64,000 nucleotides of DNA from Phycicoccus sp. (GCA_035418665.1 DAOLRO010000001.1:6089-70088), one strand, 5' to 3'; counted from the first letter of the stretch, positions 40,705 through 51,005 are shown. Translations and numbers: made by a program. Notes: generated by a model from the sequence alone, not told the origin.

Positions 40705-42806
40705 GCAAGGAGTGCTGCGGCGGGGACGACGAACCCGCCCGCCCGCCAGCGCGGCTGGAGGGTCCAGGGTCAACTGGATCACTCCAACTGCTCACGCTGA
40801 CGACGCCTGAGACCGCGGCGAGCACCTGCTCACGCGCGGCAGTCGGCGCCGACCAGGTCGCGCCCGGCGTGGGCACCAGCTTCCCTGTGGATGACGGTGA
40901 CGCCTGTTGCGGCCCAGACCTGCGCGACCGTGCCGAGGACGAGGTCCGCCCCCCGTGGTGGAAGGATCGCGCTCTGTTGCCGTCGGCGATCTCCGGCGTC
41001 TTCCTCGTGGGCGGCTACGGCCTCGAATGGTCAGGGATTCGCACGGCTGCGCTTGCCTTCCAAGCGATCGCGCTGGCTGCCGGTGCGTGGACCTTCGTTC
41101 CCGACACGCTGCGCCGATTGGCCCGCAAGCGCATCGGTGTCGGCCTCCTCATGACCATCGCTGCCGTGGGCGCCGTGCTCCTTGGTCATGTCGGCGAAGC
41201 AGCCGCCCTGGCCTTCCTGTTCTCCCTCGCCGAGGCACTGGAGGAGCGGGCCATGGACCGGGCCAAGGAAGGCTTGCGTGCCCTCCTGTCACTCATCCCG
41301 GAGACTGCCAGGGTGTCCCGCGTCACGGGAGTTGCCACCATCCCTGTGACCGAGATCCGCCATCGGGACCTCATCGTGGTCGCTGCGGGAGATCGCGTCC
41401 CGACCGATGCCGTGGTCACCGAGGGCCGGTCGAACATTGACGCGTCCGCCGTCACCGGTGAGTCGATCCCCGTCGAGGTCGGGCCCGGCGATCCGGTCCC
41501 GGCCGGCTCGGTCAACGGGTCCGGTTCGCTCCTGGTCGAGGCGACGGCTGATGGCCGCGACAACTCCCTCACCCAGATCGTCGCCTTGGTTGCTCGGGCG
41601 CACGCCCAGAAGGGTGAACGAGCTCGTCTGGCCGACACGATCGCCCGACCCCTCGTGCCGACCGTCCTCGTCGCCGCTGCGCTCGTGGCGCTCTTCGGCG
41701 TGGTCGTCGGCGATCCGTGGACGTGGGTCGAGCGTGCCCTGGTCGTGCTCGTCGCGGCGTCCCCTTGTGCGCTGGCCATTGCCGTGCCGGTGACGGTCAT
41801 CAGTGCCATCGGTTCGGCCTCGAAGTTCGGCGTGGTCATCAAGTCCGGTGCAGCCTTCGAGCAGTTCGGCACGATCCGGACGGTCGCCTTCGACAAGACC
41901 GGAACCCTCACCCGGGGTCGCCCCGAAGTGGCGGACGTGCGGGTGGCCCCGGGCTTCACCCAGAGCGACGTGGTGAACTGGGCGGCCGCACTGGAGGCCT
42001 CGAGCACACATCCGCTGGCCGCCGCGATCACGACGGCCGCCTCGGAGCACTTGGCGGCCACCATGGTCACGGAGGACGCGGGCCATGGCCTCAGCGGACA
42101 GGTCGAATCCCGCACGGTGCGCGTGGGCAGCCCCCGGTGGATCGAGCCAGCTGGATTGCATTCAGAGGCCGACGCATTGGCTGCAGCCGGCATGACGGTC
42201 GTCGTGGTCGAGATGGACGGTGCCATTGCCGGAGTCATCGGCGTGCGGGATGAGCTACGCCCCGAGGCCGCTGAGACCGTGCGGCTCCTGCACGAGCAAG
42301 GCATCGAGACCGTGATGCTGACTGGCGACAACAGCCGCACGGCCAACACATTGGCGGCCCTGGCAGGCATCACCGACGTGCGGGCCGAGCAGTTGCCGGC
42401 GGACAAGGCCTCCGCGATTGCGACCCTGGCGGCCACCCGGCCGACGGCCATGGTCGGCGATGGGATCAACGACGCACCCGCGCTGGCAACGGCAACAGTG
42501 GGCATCGCCATGGGAGCCGCCGGCTCCGCTGCCGCGGTGGAGTCCGCCGACATCGCCTTCACCGGTCACGACCTGCGCCTCATTCCTGCGGCCTTCGCCC
42601 ATGCCCGGCGCGGTCGGCGGATCATGACGGTCAACATCGGGCTGGCCTTGGCGATCATCGTCGTGCTCTTCCCGCTGGCCCTGTTCGGCGTCCTGGGCCT
42701 GGCCGGAGTGGTGCTCGTCCACGAAGCCGCTGAAGTGCTGGTCATCCTCAATGGCGTCCGGGCAGCCCGCCGGCCGGCAGAACCGATTGCCACCCCGGCA
42801 GCGTGA
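40701..42806 (+). CDS. Heavy-metal P1B-type ATPase
   Basis: TGES, ASPCALAIA, DKTGT, HP, GDGINDAPAL, HE in the last TM, N-terminal CC pairs. Confidence 0.94.
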   Translation: MSKECCGGDDEPARPPARLEGPGSTGSLQLLTLTTPETAASTCSRAAVGADQVAPGVGTSFPVDDGDACCGPDLRDRAEDEVRPPWWKDRALLPSAISGVFLVGGYGLEWSGIRTAALAFQAIALAAGAWTFVPDTLRRLARKRIGVGLLMTIAAVGAVLLGHVGEAAALAFLFSLAEALEERAMDRAKEGLRALLSLIPETARVSRVTGVATIPVTEIRHRDLIVVAAGDRVPTDAVVTEGRSNIDASAVTGESIPVEVGPGDPVPAGSVNGSGSLLVEATADGRDNSLTQIVALVARAHAQKGERARLADTIARPLVPTVLVAAALVALFGVVVGDPWTWVERALVVLVAASPCALAIAVPVTVISAIGSASKFGVVIKSGAAFEQFGTIRTVAFDKTGTLTRGRPEVADVRVAPGFTQSDVVNWAAALEASSTHPLAAAITTAASEHLAATMVTEDAGHGLSGQVESRTVRVGSPRWIEPAGLHSEADALAAAGMTVVVVEMDGAIAGVIGVRDELRPEAAETVRLLHEQGIETVMLTGDNSRTANTLAALAGITDVRAEQLPADKASAIATLAATRPTAMVGDGINDAPALATATVGIAMGAAGSAAAVESADIAFTGHDLRLIPAAFAHARRGRRIMTVNIGLALAIIVVLFPLALFGVLGLAGVVLVHEAAEVLVILNGVRAARRPAEPIATPAA

Positions 42807-42824
42807 CCGCCAGATGGTGCCTCG

Positions 42825-43229
42825 TCAGACCGCAATGATCACGAGCAGGTCGTCCAGCCCCGCAAAGTCATCCGGATTGCGGGTGACGAGGGGCAGCCCC
42901 TCGGCAAGCGCCGTGGCCGCGATGAGAAGGTCTGCAAACCTGCGTCGTGGCTGCCTGCCCGCCGTGACCACCGCCGCATGGACTCGGCCATAGGCCCGTG
43001 CGGCATCGCTGCTGAAGGGGATGGCCTCAAAAGCAGCCTCCGCGCGTTGCAGGCGATCCTGTCGTCGCGCACGCTCGTCCGGGTTGCGGGCGGCCGAGGG
43101 TCCAGCGGCCAACTCAGCCATGGTGATCGCCGAGACGCCAACTGTGAGTGGCAGGAGTTCCGCGTCCACGATGTCGAGGTCAATGACCACGGATGTGTCC
43201 AACAGCCCAGCGGACAGGCGCTCAGCCAC
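42825..43229 (-). CDS. vapC: VapC (PIN domain) toxin
   Basis: LLDTSVVID, SAITMAEL, DLLIAATA, LVTRNPDDF. Confidence 0.9.
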   Translation of the reverse strand: MAERLSAGLLDTSVVIDLDIVDAELLPLTVGVSAITMAELAAGPSAARNPDERARRQDRLQRAEAAFEAIPFSSDAARAYGRVHAAVVTAGRQPRRRFADLLIAATALAEGLPLVTRNPDDFAGLDDLLVIIAV

Positions 43230-43476
43230 GAGGTTCCACGCTCTGATCCACGGCCGCATCAAGATCGTCCCGGAACGTCGTCCCATCGACGCGCGGGGCT
43301 CCCCTGAACAACTCGGTCACCAGCCGTGCATCCACCAGCCGTTGACGTCGAAGTGGGCGCAGCTCTCCGACGGGGACGGAGTTCCGGGTGACGACGAAGG
43401 ACTTTCCCTCGTCAAGGGCACTCATGATCCGGCCACTGTCATTGCGCAGCTCGCGCTGACTGACAACCTCACTCAT
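43222..43476 (-). CDS. Phd/YefM family antitoxin
   Basis: VSQRELRNDSGRIM..FVVTRNSVPVGELRP; overlaps the toxin gene. Confidence 0.88.
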   Translation of the reverse strand: MSEVVSQRELRNDSGRIMSALDEGKSFVVTRNSVPVGELRPLRRQRLVDARLVTELFRGAPRVDGTTFRDDLDAAVDQSVEPRG

Positions 43477-43483
43477 CCCACCA

Positions 43484-43504
43484 CTGTAGCACTGCGTGCT
43501 ACAG
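43484..43504. promoter_or_regulatory. Candidate TA autoregulatory operator
   Basis: CTGTAGCAC-tgc-GTGCTACAG perfect inverted repeat just upstream of the antitoxin ATG. Confidence 0.7.
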
Positions 43505-43524
43505 GCCTCTTCTACGTCAGGGCT

Positions 43525-44610
43525 CTAGACGTTGAATCGAAACTCGACGACGTCGCCATCCTGCATGACGTAGTCCTTGCCCTCGAGCCGCGCCTTGCCG
43601 CCAGCCTTGACTGCAGCCATCGAGCCAGCCTCGTCCAGATCCGAGAACGAGACCACCTCGGCCTTGATGAAGCCCTTCTGGAAGTCGGTGTGGATGACCC
43701 CGGCGGCCTGCGGCGCCGTCCAGCCCTGGCGGATCGTCCAGGCCCGCGACTCCTTCGGCCCGGCCGTCAGATAGGTCTGCAACCCGAGCGTGTGAAAACC
43801 GGTGCGCGCCAACTGATTCAGCCCCGACTCGGTCGCACCGAAGCCCTCGAGCATCTCCTGCGCATCCTCCGCGGACATGTCCATGAGGTCCATCTCGAGC
43901 TTGGCGTTGAGGAAGACCGCGTCCGCAGGAGCCACCAGCTCCGCCAGCGACGAGTGCAGATCCGCATCGCCCAACTGGTCCTCGTCGAGGTTGAAGACAT
44001 AGATGAAGGGCTTGGTCGTCAGCAGACCCAGCCCCGCGGCCAAGCCGAGGTCCACCCCTGCGGCCGGCCCCGCGGCATACAAGGTCTTGCCCTCTTCCAG
44101 CACCTTCTGCGCGGCCAGAGCGTTGTCCAGCAACGGCTTTGACTCCTTCTTGATCCGCGCTTCCTTCTCGAGCCGGACGACGGCCTTTTCGAGGGTCTGC
44201 AGGTCGGCAAGGATCATTTCGGTCTCGATGACCTCAATGTCATCAGACGGAGACACCCGGCCATCCACGTGCACGACATCGCCGTCCTCGAAGGCTCGCA
44301 CGACCTGACAGATCGCGTCCGCCTCGCGGATGTTGGCGAGGAACTTGTTGCCCAAGCCCTCCCCCACCGACGCGCCCTTGACGATCCCGGCGATGTCGAC
44401 GAAGGACACAGTGGCAGGCAGGATCCGCTCCGAACCGAAGATCTCGGCCAGCCGTCCCAGCCGGGTATCCGGCAGCGGGACCACGCCGACATTGGGCTCG
44501 ATCGTCGCGAAGGGGTAGTTCGCGGCGAGCACGTTGTTCTTGGTCAGGGCGTTGAACATCGTGGACTTGCCGACGTTGGGCAGTCCGACGATTCCGATGG
44601 TGAGGGCCAC
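43525..44610 (-). CDS. ychF: Redox-regulated ATPase YchF
   Basis: [34 protein letters not shown]. Confidence 0.97.
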   Translation of the reverse strand: MALTIGIVGLPNVGKSTMFNALTKNNVLAANYPFATIEPNVGVVPLPDTRLGRLAEIFGSERILPATVSFVDIAGIVKGASVGEGLGNKFLANIREADAICQVVRAFEDGDVVHVDGRVSPSDDIEVIETEMILADLQTLEKAVVRLEKEARIKKESKPLLDNALAAQKVLEEGKTLYAAGPAAGVDLGLAAGLGLLTTKPFIYVFNLDEDQLGDADLHSSLAELVAPADAVFLNAKLEMDLMDMSAEDAQEMLEGFGATESGLNQLARTGFHTLGLQTYLTAGPKESRAWTIRQGWTAPQAAGVIHTDFQKGFIKAEVVSFSDLDEAGSMAAVKAGGKARLEGKDYVMQDGDVVEFRFNV

Positions 44611-44622
44611 GAGAGCAAGAGT

Positions 44623-44853
44623 TTAGTCGGCCTCGGATGCCCCGACGGACGGGCGTTGCCGCCGGACCACCCACCACAGGAGACCCCCGACGACGACAGC
44701 ACCCCCCGCGAAGCCCGCTCCCGTCACGGCCAGCCGTCCGTTGCCGGTGGCGAGGCCGTTGACGATCGCGATGATCCCGAGGAAGAGGCAGGGCAACAGC
44801 AGCACGCCGCCCACCAGGAGCGCGATGCCCATCCAAAAGGTCCGCGTGCTCAC
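44623..44853 (-). CDS. Small two-TM hypothetical protein
   Basis: Two hydrophobic segments; GTG overlaps the NUDIX stop. Confidence 0.6.
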   Translation of the reverse strand: MSTRTFWMGIALLVGGVLLLPCLFLGIIAIVNGLATGNGRLAVTGAGFAGGAVVVGGLLWWVVRRQRPSVGASEAD

Positions 44854-45371
44854 TCCGCGGCACCCGTCTCGCGGGGCCGACCGTCTTCGAGGTATGCCGT
44901 GTGCTCGGCGACCATGGCCGCCTCCACCAGCCGCACGGCATACGGGGCAATGTGCTTGCCCACATCGGCAGGCGACACCCAATGGGCCCCCTTGATCTCG
45001 CGATGGAGGAAGCGGGCGGGGTCGAGGTCGCCGTCGAAGACACCGAGATCGAAGAGGAAGAGGGTCGCGTCATCCCAGCCGCGATAGGGCGGGAGCCAGT
45101 TGACGGCCAGCAGGCGTCCGGCACGGAGCTCGAGGCCCAACTCTTCTCGGACCTCGCGCTCGACGCACGTCGCGGGCGATTCCCCCGGGTCGACGACCCC
45201 GCCGGGCAGGTCCCACTCCTTCTTGTAGGTGAGTTCGCAGAGAAGGATCTCGCCCGCCGCGTTGCGCAGGATGCCTTGGCCGATCGCGCGTTTCTTGGGG
45301 AGCCGGTCGTTGAGGATGCCGATGAAGGTGCGCCGCCCCTCGTCGGTGCCGAGATCGGGCCGCTCGCTCAT
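44850..45371 (-). CDS. NUDIX hydrolase
   Basis: GGVVDPGESPATCVEREVREELG Nudix box. Confidence 0.9.
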   Translation of the reverse strand: MSERPDLGTDEGRRTFIGILNDRLPKKRAIGQGILRNAAGEILLCELTYKKEWDLPGGVVDPGESPATCVEREVREELGLELRAGRLLAVNWLPPYRGWDDATLFLFDLGVFDGDLDPARFLHREIKGAHWVSPADVGKHIAPYAVRLVEAAMVAEHTAYLEDGRPRETGAAE

Positions 45372-45420
45372 GACGCCCACGCTACCCGGGGCTGTCGGTG
45401 GTCTCTGGGAGTGTGTCGAC

Positions 45421-46647
45421 ATGGACACCACGACTGCGTTGCTGCTCGTCGGGCTGGGTTGCGCTGTGGGTGCAGGCCTCGCGTGGCTCGCCCTGCGGAC
45501 CGTGTATGCCGTCCGCTTGGCATCCGCAGCCACCGAGGCGTCCCTCCTGCGCGAGCGCGTCGTCGACCTCGAGGCGAGCCTGTCCGAGGACTCCGAGACC
45601 GCGGCCCTGTTGGCGCCGCTGCGCGATGCGTTGGGGCGGGTGGAGCAGCAGGTCGGGACTCTGGAGCGTGATCGGGTCGGGCAGTTCAGTTCCCTGCGGA
45701 CGTTGATGACTCGGGTCGAGGCCGAGACCCAGGAGGTCGGGCGTGCCACGGCATCGCTCGCGGGCTCCTTGCGGTCCTCGACCGTGCGTGGGTCGTGGGG
45801 CGAGGTCCAGCTCCGGCGGGTGCTCGAGGCCTCGGGGATGCTCGCGCGGACCGACTTCGACGAGCAGGTGAGCGCTGTCTCGACCCATGGCGTGGGGGTG
45901 CGGCCTGATGCCATCGTGCGCCTGCCCGGGGACAAGGTGGTGGTGCTCGATGCCAAGGCGCCGATGACCCACTTCCTCGATGCCCAGGCCGATGAGTTGG
46001 ACGAGGGCGAGCGGCGGGGGCTGTTGGCCGCCCATGCCGATGCGCTCTCCGGGCACGTGACGCGACTGGCGGCCAAGGACTACTGGTCCGCCTTCACCAC
46101 TGCCCCCGAGATGGTCATCTGCTTCGTGCCCAGCGACGCGATGCTCGGGGCTGCCCTGGCCGCGCGGCCCAGCCTCCATGAGGCGGCGATGGCCCAGCGA
46201 GTGGTGCTTGTGGGACCCGGGGCGTTGCTGGCCTTGCTCCGCACGGTGGCCTTCACCTGGCAACAGGACTCGCTCTCGACGAGCGCACGCGAGTTGCTCG
46301 CCGTTGGCCGCGAATTGCACCAGCGGCTCGGCACGCTCGGCGGGCACACGGCCAAGGTCGGCCGCTCGTTGCAGAGCAGCGTCGAGGCCTACAACGCGAT
46401 GGTCGGTGCCATGGAGTCACGGGTCTTGGTGACCGCACGGCGGATGCACGAGTTGGGACTGGCCCAAGACGACCTGCCGGTGCTGACGCCGGTCGAGGTC
46501 GGGCCACGGGTCCTCACGGCACACGAACTCATCGACGCCGCGACCGCCGAGGACGATCGGCCGGAGTTGATGCTGGACCTCCCAGCCATCCCAGCCATCC
46601 CGGCCCGAGCCGAGGGTGCTCCGCCCGACGACCGGATGCATGCATGA
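45421..46647 (+). CDS. rmuC: DNA recombination protein RmuC
   Basis: N-terminal TM, coiled coil, RGSWGEVQLRRV, RPDAIVRLPG, DAKAP. Confidence 0.92.
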   Translation: MDTTTALLLVGLGCAVGAGLAWLALRTVYAVRLASAATEASLLRERVVDLEASLSEDSETAALLAPLRDALGRVEQQVGTLERDRVGQFSSLRTLMTRVEAETQEVGRATASLAGSLRSSTVRGSWGEVQLRRVLEASGMLARTDFDEQVSAVSTHGVGVRPDAIVRLPGDKVVVLDAKAPMTHFLDAQADELDEGERRGLLAAHADALSGHVTRLAAKDYWSAFTTAPEMVICFVPSDAMLGAALAARPSLHEAAMAQRVVLVGPGALLALLRTVAFTWQQDSLSTSARELLAVGRELHQRLGTLGGHTAKVGRSLQSSVEAYNAMVGAMESRVLVTARRMHELGLAQDDLPVLTPVEVGPRVLTAHELIDAATAEDDRPELMLDLPAIPAIPARAEGAPPDDRMHA

Positions 46648-46673
46648 TGCATGTCTCCTATGCTGAGTGCATG
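46636..46673 (+). promoter_or_regulatory. TGCATG-rich candidate operator of the second TA pair
   Basis: ATGCATGCATGATGCATG...GTGCATG directly before the antitoxin ATG. Confidence 0.5.
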
Positions 46674-46910
46674 ACGACGATCCAGATCCGCAATGTTCCG
46701 GAGTCGGTCAGTCGTGCCCTCAAGGCGCGTGCAGCCGCAGAAGGGCGGTCGCTGAGCGACTACCTTCTGCGCGAAGTGACCACGCTGGCTCAACTCCCCA
46801 CGCTCGCCGAGATGGCCGAACGACTCGCCGCGTTGCCGCCACCACCTTCATCGATGCCACCGGCCGCCGAGATGATCCGCCAAGCGCGTGAGGAGGCCGG
46901 AAGGGCGTGA
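46671..46910 (+). CDS. FitA-like ribbon-helix-helix antitoxin
   Basis: MTTIQIRNVPESVSRALKARAAAEGRSLSDYL. Confidence 0.88.
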   Translation: MTTIQIRNVPESVSRALKARAAAEGRSLSDYLLREVTTLAQLPTLAEMAERLAALPPPPSSMPPAAEMIRQAREEAGRA

Positions 46911-47329
46911 CAATCGGCCGACCCAAGCCCATCGTGCTCGATGCCAGCGCCGCCGTGGATCTGGCCTTGGGCCGGCCATGGAGTGCGCTCCTCCGCCACG
47001 AGATCATGGGTGCGGATCGGCTGCACGTTCCTGTCACCTGGCACATCGAATGCGTGTCCGCGGTGCGTCAACTCGCGCTCGGGGATCATCTGGACGACCC
47101 AGGCGCTCGCCGTGCCCTCAATGCACTGTCCAGCCTCCGGCTCCTCCGCTGGGCCACTGAACCACTGAGCGACCGGATGTGGTCCTTGCGACACAACATG
47201 ACCGCCCACGACGCCGTCTACGTGGCCCTGGCCGAGCAGTTGGACGCCACGCTGGCCACCGGCGATCGCCGCCTGGCGAAGGCCGCGCGCCTGGCCACAT
47301 CCCTCAAGGTCCTCGAGCTGACTCCCTGA
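46907..47329 (+). CDS. vapC: VapC (PIN domain) toxin
   Basis: IVLDASAAVD, NMTAHDAVYVALAE, LATGDRRL. Confidence 0.88.
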   Translation: MTIGRPKPIVLDASAAVDLALGRPWSALLRHEIMGADRLHVPVTWHIECVSAVRQLALGDHLDDPGARRALNALSSLRLLRWATEPLSDRMWSLRHNMTAHDAVYVALAEQLDATLATGDRRLAKAARLATSLKVLELTP

Positions 47330-47331
47330 CC

Positions 47332-48252
47332 TCAACGCACCGGGCGCAGTGCGCACTGGGCCACGCTTCGGATGGTGTCGGTGAGACGGGTCAGACGGGT
47401 CGACTCGAGCCGCCAGTACTCCCAGTGCAGGACGACGTCCTCGTGGCCTCGATCCAGCCGCACGAGTTCGCCGCTCACGAGCATGTCCCCCAGTTGCGCC
47501 TCGGGCACCAGGCCCCACCCGAGTCCGGCGCGGATCGCCCGTACGTAGGCGCGTGAGGCTGGCACCTCCTGGGCGGGTCCGACCGGCACCTCGAGTCGCT
47601 CGAGATGGCGGGTCTGGAGATCGTCCTTGGCGTTGAACCGCACGAGGGGCAGCGCCTCCCAATCCATCTGCCGACCACGACGATGCCGATCGCGAAGGGC
47701 GGGCGTGAGCACTGGGTGGTAGCGCATCGCCCCGAGCGTCAACGATCGGCAACCCGCCACCGGATGGGGCTCAGCGGTGATCGCGCCGATGACCTGCCCG
47801 GACCGGAGCAGGTCGCGCGTGTGGTCCTGGTCATCGACACGCACCGAGATCGTGCTGTCCGGCCACTCTGCTGCCAGGTCCATGACGCCTTCGAACCAGG
47901 TGTCGAGCGAGTCGGCATTGACCGCGATGGGAAGGGTCTGGCGGGGGCGGGACATGCCCCGACCGCCTTGACCTCCCTCTCCCGATCCATGGCCACGACC
48001 CTCATGGCCGAGTTCGGCCCACATCTCCTCCTCGAGCAGGGCCCGCTGACGTGCCTGCCGCAGGAGGATCTGTCCGGTCTCGGTGGCCCTCGTCGGCAGG
48101 GTCCGCTGCACCACGAGCTGGCCGACCTCGGCCTCAAGAGCCTTGATCCGTTGACTCACCGCAGAGGGCGTGATGGTCAAGGACTTGGCGGCCGCCTCGA
48201 AGGAGCCCTCGTCGAGGACAGCGGCCAAGGTGCGCAAGTGCTCGGTGTCCAT
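47332..48252 (-). CDS. lysG: LysG/ArgP family LysR regulator
   Basis: GSFEAAA..TPSAVSQRIKALE, IAVNADSLDTW; divergent from lysE. Confidence 0.9.
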   Translation of the reverse strand: MDTEHLRTLAAVLDEGSFEAAAKSLTITPSAVSQRIKALEAEVGQLVVQRTLPTRATETGQILLRQARQRALLEEEMWAELGHEGRGHGSGEGGQGGRGMSRPRQTLPIAVNADSLDTWFEGVMDLAAEWPDSTISVRVDDQDHTRDLLRSGQVIGAITAEPHPVAGCRSLTLGAMRYHPVLTPALRDRHRRGRQMDWEALPLVRFNAKDDLQTRHLERLEVPVGPAQEVPASRAYVRAIRAGLGWGLVPEAQLGDMLVSGELVRLDRGHEDVVLHWEYWRLESTRLTRLTDTIRSVAQCALRPVR

Positions 48253-48322
48253 GAAGCAATCCTAATTATCCATCAGTTTCTTTCGCTGGCCTTAACTACT
48301 GGGCGAGGCCTACGGTCTTCAC

Positions 48323-48919
48323 GTGACCAGCGCGCTCCTCGTCGGACTTCTCACCGGATTCGGACTCATCGTGGCCATCGGCGCCCAGAACGCCTTTGTC
48401 CTGCGCCAGGGGCTGGCTCGCGACCACGTGGGCCTGGTCGTTGCCATCTGCGCGCTCAGCGACTTGGTCCTCATCGTGGCCGGCACCTCGGGGATGGGTC
48501 GGATCATCGCCTCCGCCCCCGCCTTGCTGAAGGCGTTCACCTGGGCGGGTGCGGCATACCTCGTCTGGTTCGGGATTCAGTCACTGCGTTCGGCCCGAAG
48601 TCCTTCAGGACTGCAAGCCGGCGGGGGTCGCGCCCGCGGCTCGATCATCGCAACGACGCTGGCGCTCACCTGGCTCAACCCACACGTCTACCTCGACACC
48701 GTCCTGATGCTGGGCAACTTGGCGAACACCCATGGAGTGCAAGGGCGTTGGTGGTTCGCTGCCGGCGCGGGCATCGCGAGCATCGTGTGGTTCGCGACCC
48801 TCGGCTTCGGTGCGCGAGCGCTGTCCCGCCCCCTCGCGCGACCACGCACCTGGCAGGTCGTCGACACCCTGATCGCCCTGATGATGTTCGCCCTGGCGGC
48901 CTATCTCATCCTCGGCTGA
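48323..48919 (+). CDS. lysE: LysE/ArgO amino-acid exporter
   Basis: AIGAQNAFVLRQG, LTWLNPHVYLDT. Confidence 0.92.
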   Translation: MTSALLVGLLTGFGLIVAIGAQNAFVLRQGLARDHVGLVVAICALSDLVLIVAGTSGMGRIIASAPALLKAFTWAGAAYLVWFGIQSLRSARSPSGLQAGGGRARGSIIATTLALTWLNPHVYLDTVLMLGNLANTHGVQGRWWFAAGAGIASIVWFATLGFGARALSRPLARPRTWQVVDTLIALMMFALAAYLILG

Positions 48920-48986
48920 TCCTCGGCTGACGCCGATTCGATGTATCCGGCGCACTGATTCTGGGTGCTGAATACATCGAATCGGC
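48909..48986. repeat. 11-bp tandem duplication followed by a 15-bp-arm hairpin between convergent lysE and ispH
   Basis: TCCTCGGCTGA x2 (48909-48930); GCCGATTCGATGTAT (48932-48946) and ATACATCGAATCGGC (48972-48986). Confidence 0.85.
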
Positions 48987-48995
48987 CAAGCACAA

Positions 48996-50048
48996 TCAGT
49001 GGAGGGAGCCGGCGTCCTGCAGGGAGGCTGCGTCGTGGCGCATCTTGTCGCTCTTGCCCGCGGCCTTGAGGTCCTTGCGGATCTCGTTGGGCAGCGCAAA
49101 CATCAGCGACTCCTCGGCCGCAACGATGGGCTTGACCTCATCGAAGCCCCGCCCGGCCAGGAAGTCGAGGACCTCCCGCACGAGGATCTCCGGCACCGAG
49201 GCACCGGAGGTCACCCCGACGGTCGACACCCCGTCCAACCACTCCGGGTCGATCTCCGCGGCATAGTCGACGAGATGGCCGGCTCGGGACCCGTGCTCGA
49301 GGGCCACCTCGACCAGACGGACGGAGTTCGAGGAGTTGCGCGAGCCGACCACGATCATGAGATCGCACTCCGGAGCCATCTGCTTGACGGCCAGTTGACG
49401 GTTCTGGGTGGCGTAACAGATGTCGTCACTCGGCGGGTCCTGCAGGCTCGGAAACTTCTCACGCAGGCGGCGCACCGTGTCCATGGTCTCGTCCACGGAC
49501 AGGGTTGTCTGGGACAGCCAGACCACTTTGGCCGGGTCACGCACGACAATGTTGTCGACATCCTCGGGCCCGTTGACGAGCTGGATGTGCTCGGGTGCCT
49601 CGCCGGAGGTCCCGACGACCTCCTCGTGCCCCTCGTGTCCGATGAGAAGGATGTCGTAGTCGGCGTCGGCGAAGCGCACCGCCTCACGGTGGACCTTGGT
49701 CACCAACGGGCAGGTCGCGTCGATCGTCTTGAGCGAGAGCTCACGCGCCTCTTCGTGCACGATCGGTGCCACACCGTGAGCCGAGAAGATGACCGTAGCC
49801 CCCTCTGGCACCTCGTGGGTCTCGTCGACGAAGATCGCCCCGCGCTTCTCCAGCGTGGTGACGACGTGCTTGTTGTGCACGATCTCCTTGCGCACATAGA
49901 CGGGTGGGCCGTAGAGCTCGAGCGCCTTCTCGACCGTCACCACGGCACGGTCGACACCGGCGCAATAGCCACGCGGCGCCGCCAGGAGCACCCGCTTGGC
50001 GGGCTCGTCTGTCGCACTGGAAACGGCGCGGCTGGCGTTGGCATTCAT
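48996..50048 (-). CDS. ispH: 4-hydroxy-3-methylbut-2-enyl diphosphate reductase
   Basis: [40 protein letters not shown]. Confidence 0.96.
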   Translation of the reverse strand: MNANASRAVSSATDEPAKRVLLAAPRGYCAGVDRAVVTVEKALELYGPPVYVRKEIVHNKHVVTTLEKRGAIFVDETHEVPEGATVIFSAHGVAPIVHEEARELSLKTIDATCPLVTKVHREAVRFADADYDILLIGHEGHEEVVGTSGEAPEHIQLVNGPEDVDNIVVRDPAKVVWLSQTTLSVDETMDTVRRLREKFPSLQDPPSDDICYATQNRQLAVKQMAPECDLMIVVGSRNSSNSVRLVEVALEHGSRAGHLVDYAAEIDPEWLDGVSTVGVTSGASVPEILVREVLDFLAGRGFDEVKPIVAAEESLMFALPNEIRKDLKAAGKSDKMRHDAASLQDAGSLH

Positions 50049-50182
50049 GCCTCCATCGTACGTTGGCGAGGGCACCACCCCCGGTCCGCCGGCCGCTCCA
50101 GGAAGGTGACGACACGGCATACCCGAGAGGACTCGCGGACCACAATCCGCACGAATCCGCCCAACGCGGTCACAATGTCCGC

Positions 50183-50986
50183 ATGCACACACCTTCCCTC
50201 GCCCAACGTCTCGGCGCCGAGTTCCTCGGCACCTTCTGGCTCGTCTTCGGTGGCTGTGGCGCCGCCATGTATGCCGCGGGCTTCATGGCCCCCAACATCA
50301 CGTCGGGTCAGAGCGTCCACCTCGGTATCGGCTTCGTCGGTGTCGCGCTCGCCTTCGGTCTGACGGTCGTCACCATGGCGTATGCCGTGGGCCACATCAG
50401 CGGTGGTCACTTCAACCCGGCCGTGACCATCGGTGTCGCCGTCGCCAAGCGCTTCGAGTGGAAGGACGTGCCGGCCTACGTCATCACCCAGGTGATCGGT
50501 GGTCTCGCCGCCGGTGCCGCGCTGTGGGGCATCGCCCGCGGGCGCGCGGGATTCGACCCGATCGGCAACATGGCCGCCAACGGTTATGGCGAGCACTCGC
50601 CCGGCGGCTACTCGCTCGTCGCGGTGTTCTGCGCCGAGGTGTTGCTCACGGCCTTCTTCCTCTACATCATCCTCGGCTCGACCCACGACGCGGCTCCGTC
50701 GGGCTTCGCCCCGCTCGCCATAGGTCTGGGCCTCACGCTGATCCACCTGATCTCGATCCCGATCAGCAACACCTCGGTCAACCCGGCCCGCTCCATGGGT
50801 GTCGCCTTCTTCAACGGCAACGGCGCCCCAGGGCAGCTCTGGCTCTTCTGGCTCGCCCCGATCATCGGCGCGGCGATCGCTGGAGCGACATTCCACCTGG
50901 TGACCGGTGTCGACCGTCGCGACCGCGACATCTCCGGCTCGATCTCGGCCCGCGACGCCGCCGACCACAGCGACGCCCCCGCCTGA
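50183..50986 (+). CDS. aqpZ: Aquaporin Z
   Basis: [36 protein letters not shown]. Confidence 0.94.
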   Translation: MHTPSLAQRLGAEFLGTFWLVFGGCGAAMYAAGFMAPNITSGQSVHLGIGFVGVALAFGLTVVTMAYAVGHISGGHFNPAVTIGVAVAKRFEWKDVPAYVITQVIGGLAAGAALWGIARGRAGFDPIGNMAANGYGEHSPGGYSLVAVFCAEVLLTAFFLYIILGSTHDAAPSGFAPLAIGLGLTLIHLISIPISNTSVNPARSMGVAFFNGNGAPGQLWLFWLAPIIGAAIAGATFHLVTGVDRRDRDISGSISARDAADHSDAPA

Positions 50987-51005
50987 CCTGTTCGTCCACC
51001 GTCGC

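Noticed and set aside
43500-43545. Possible att site at the ychF 3' end
   Set aside because: No second copy of the ychF end and no integrase found in the window.
46581-46602. 9-bp tandem repeat (PAIPAIP) in the rmuC tail
   Set aside because: Short in-frame repeat in a disordered C-terminus.
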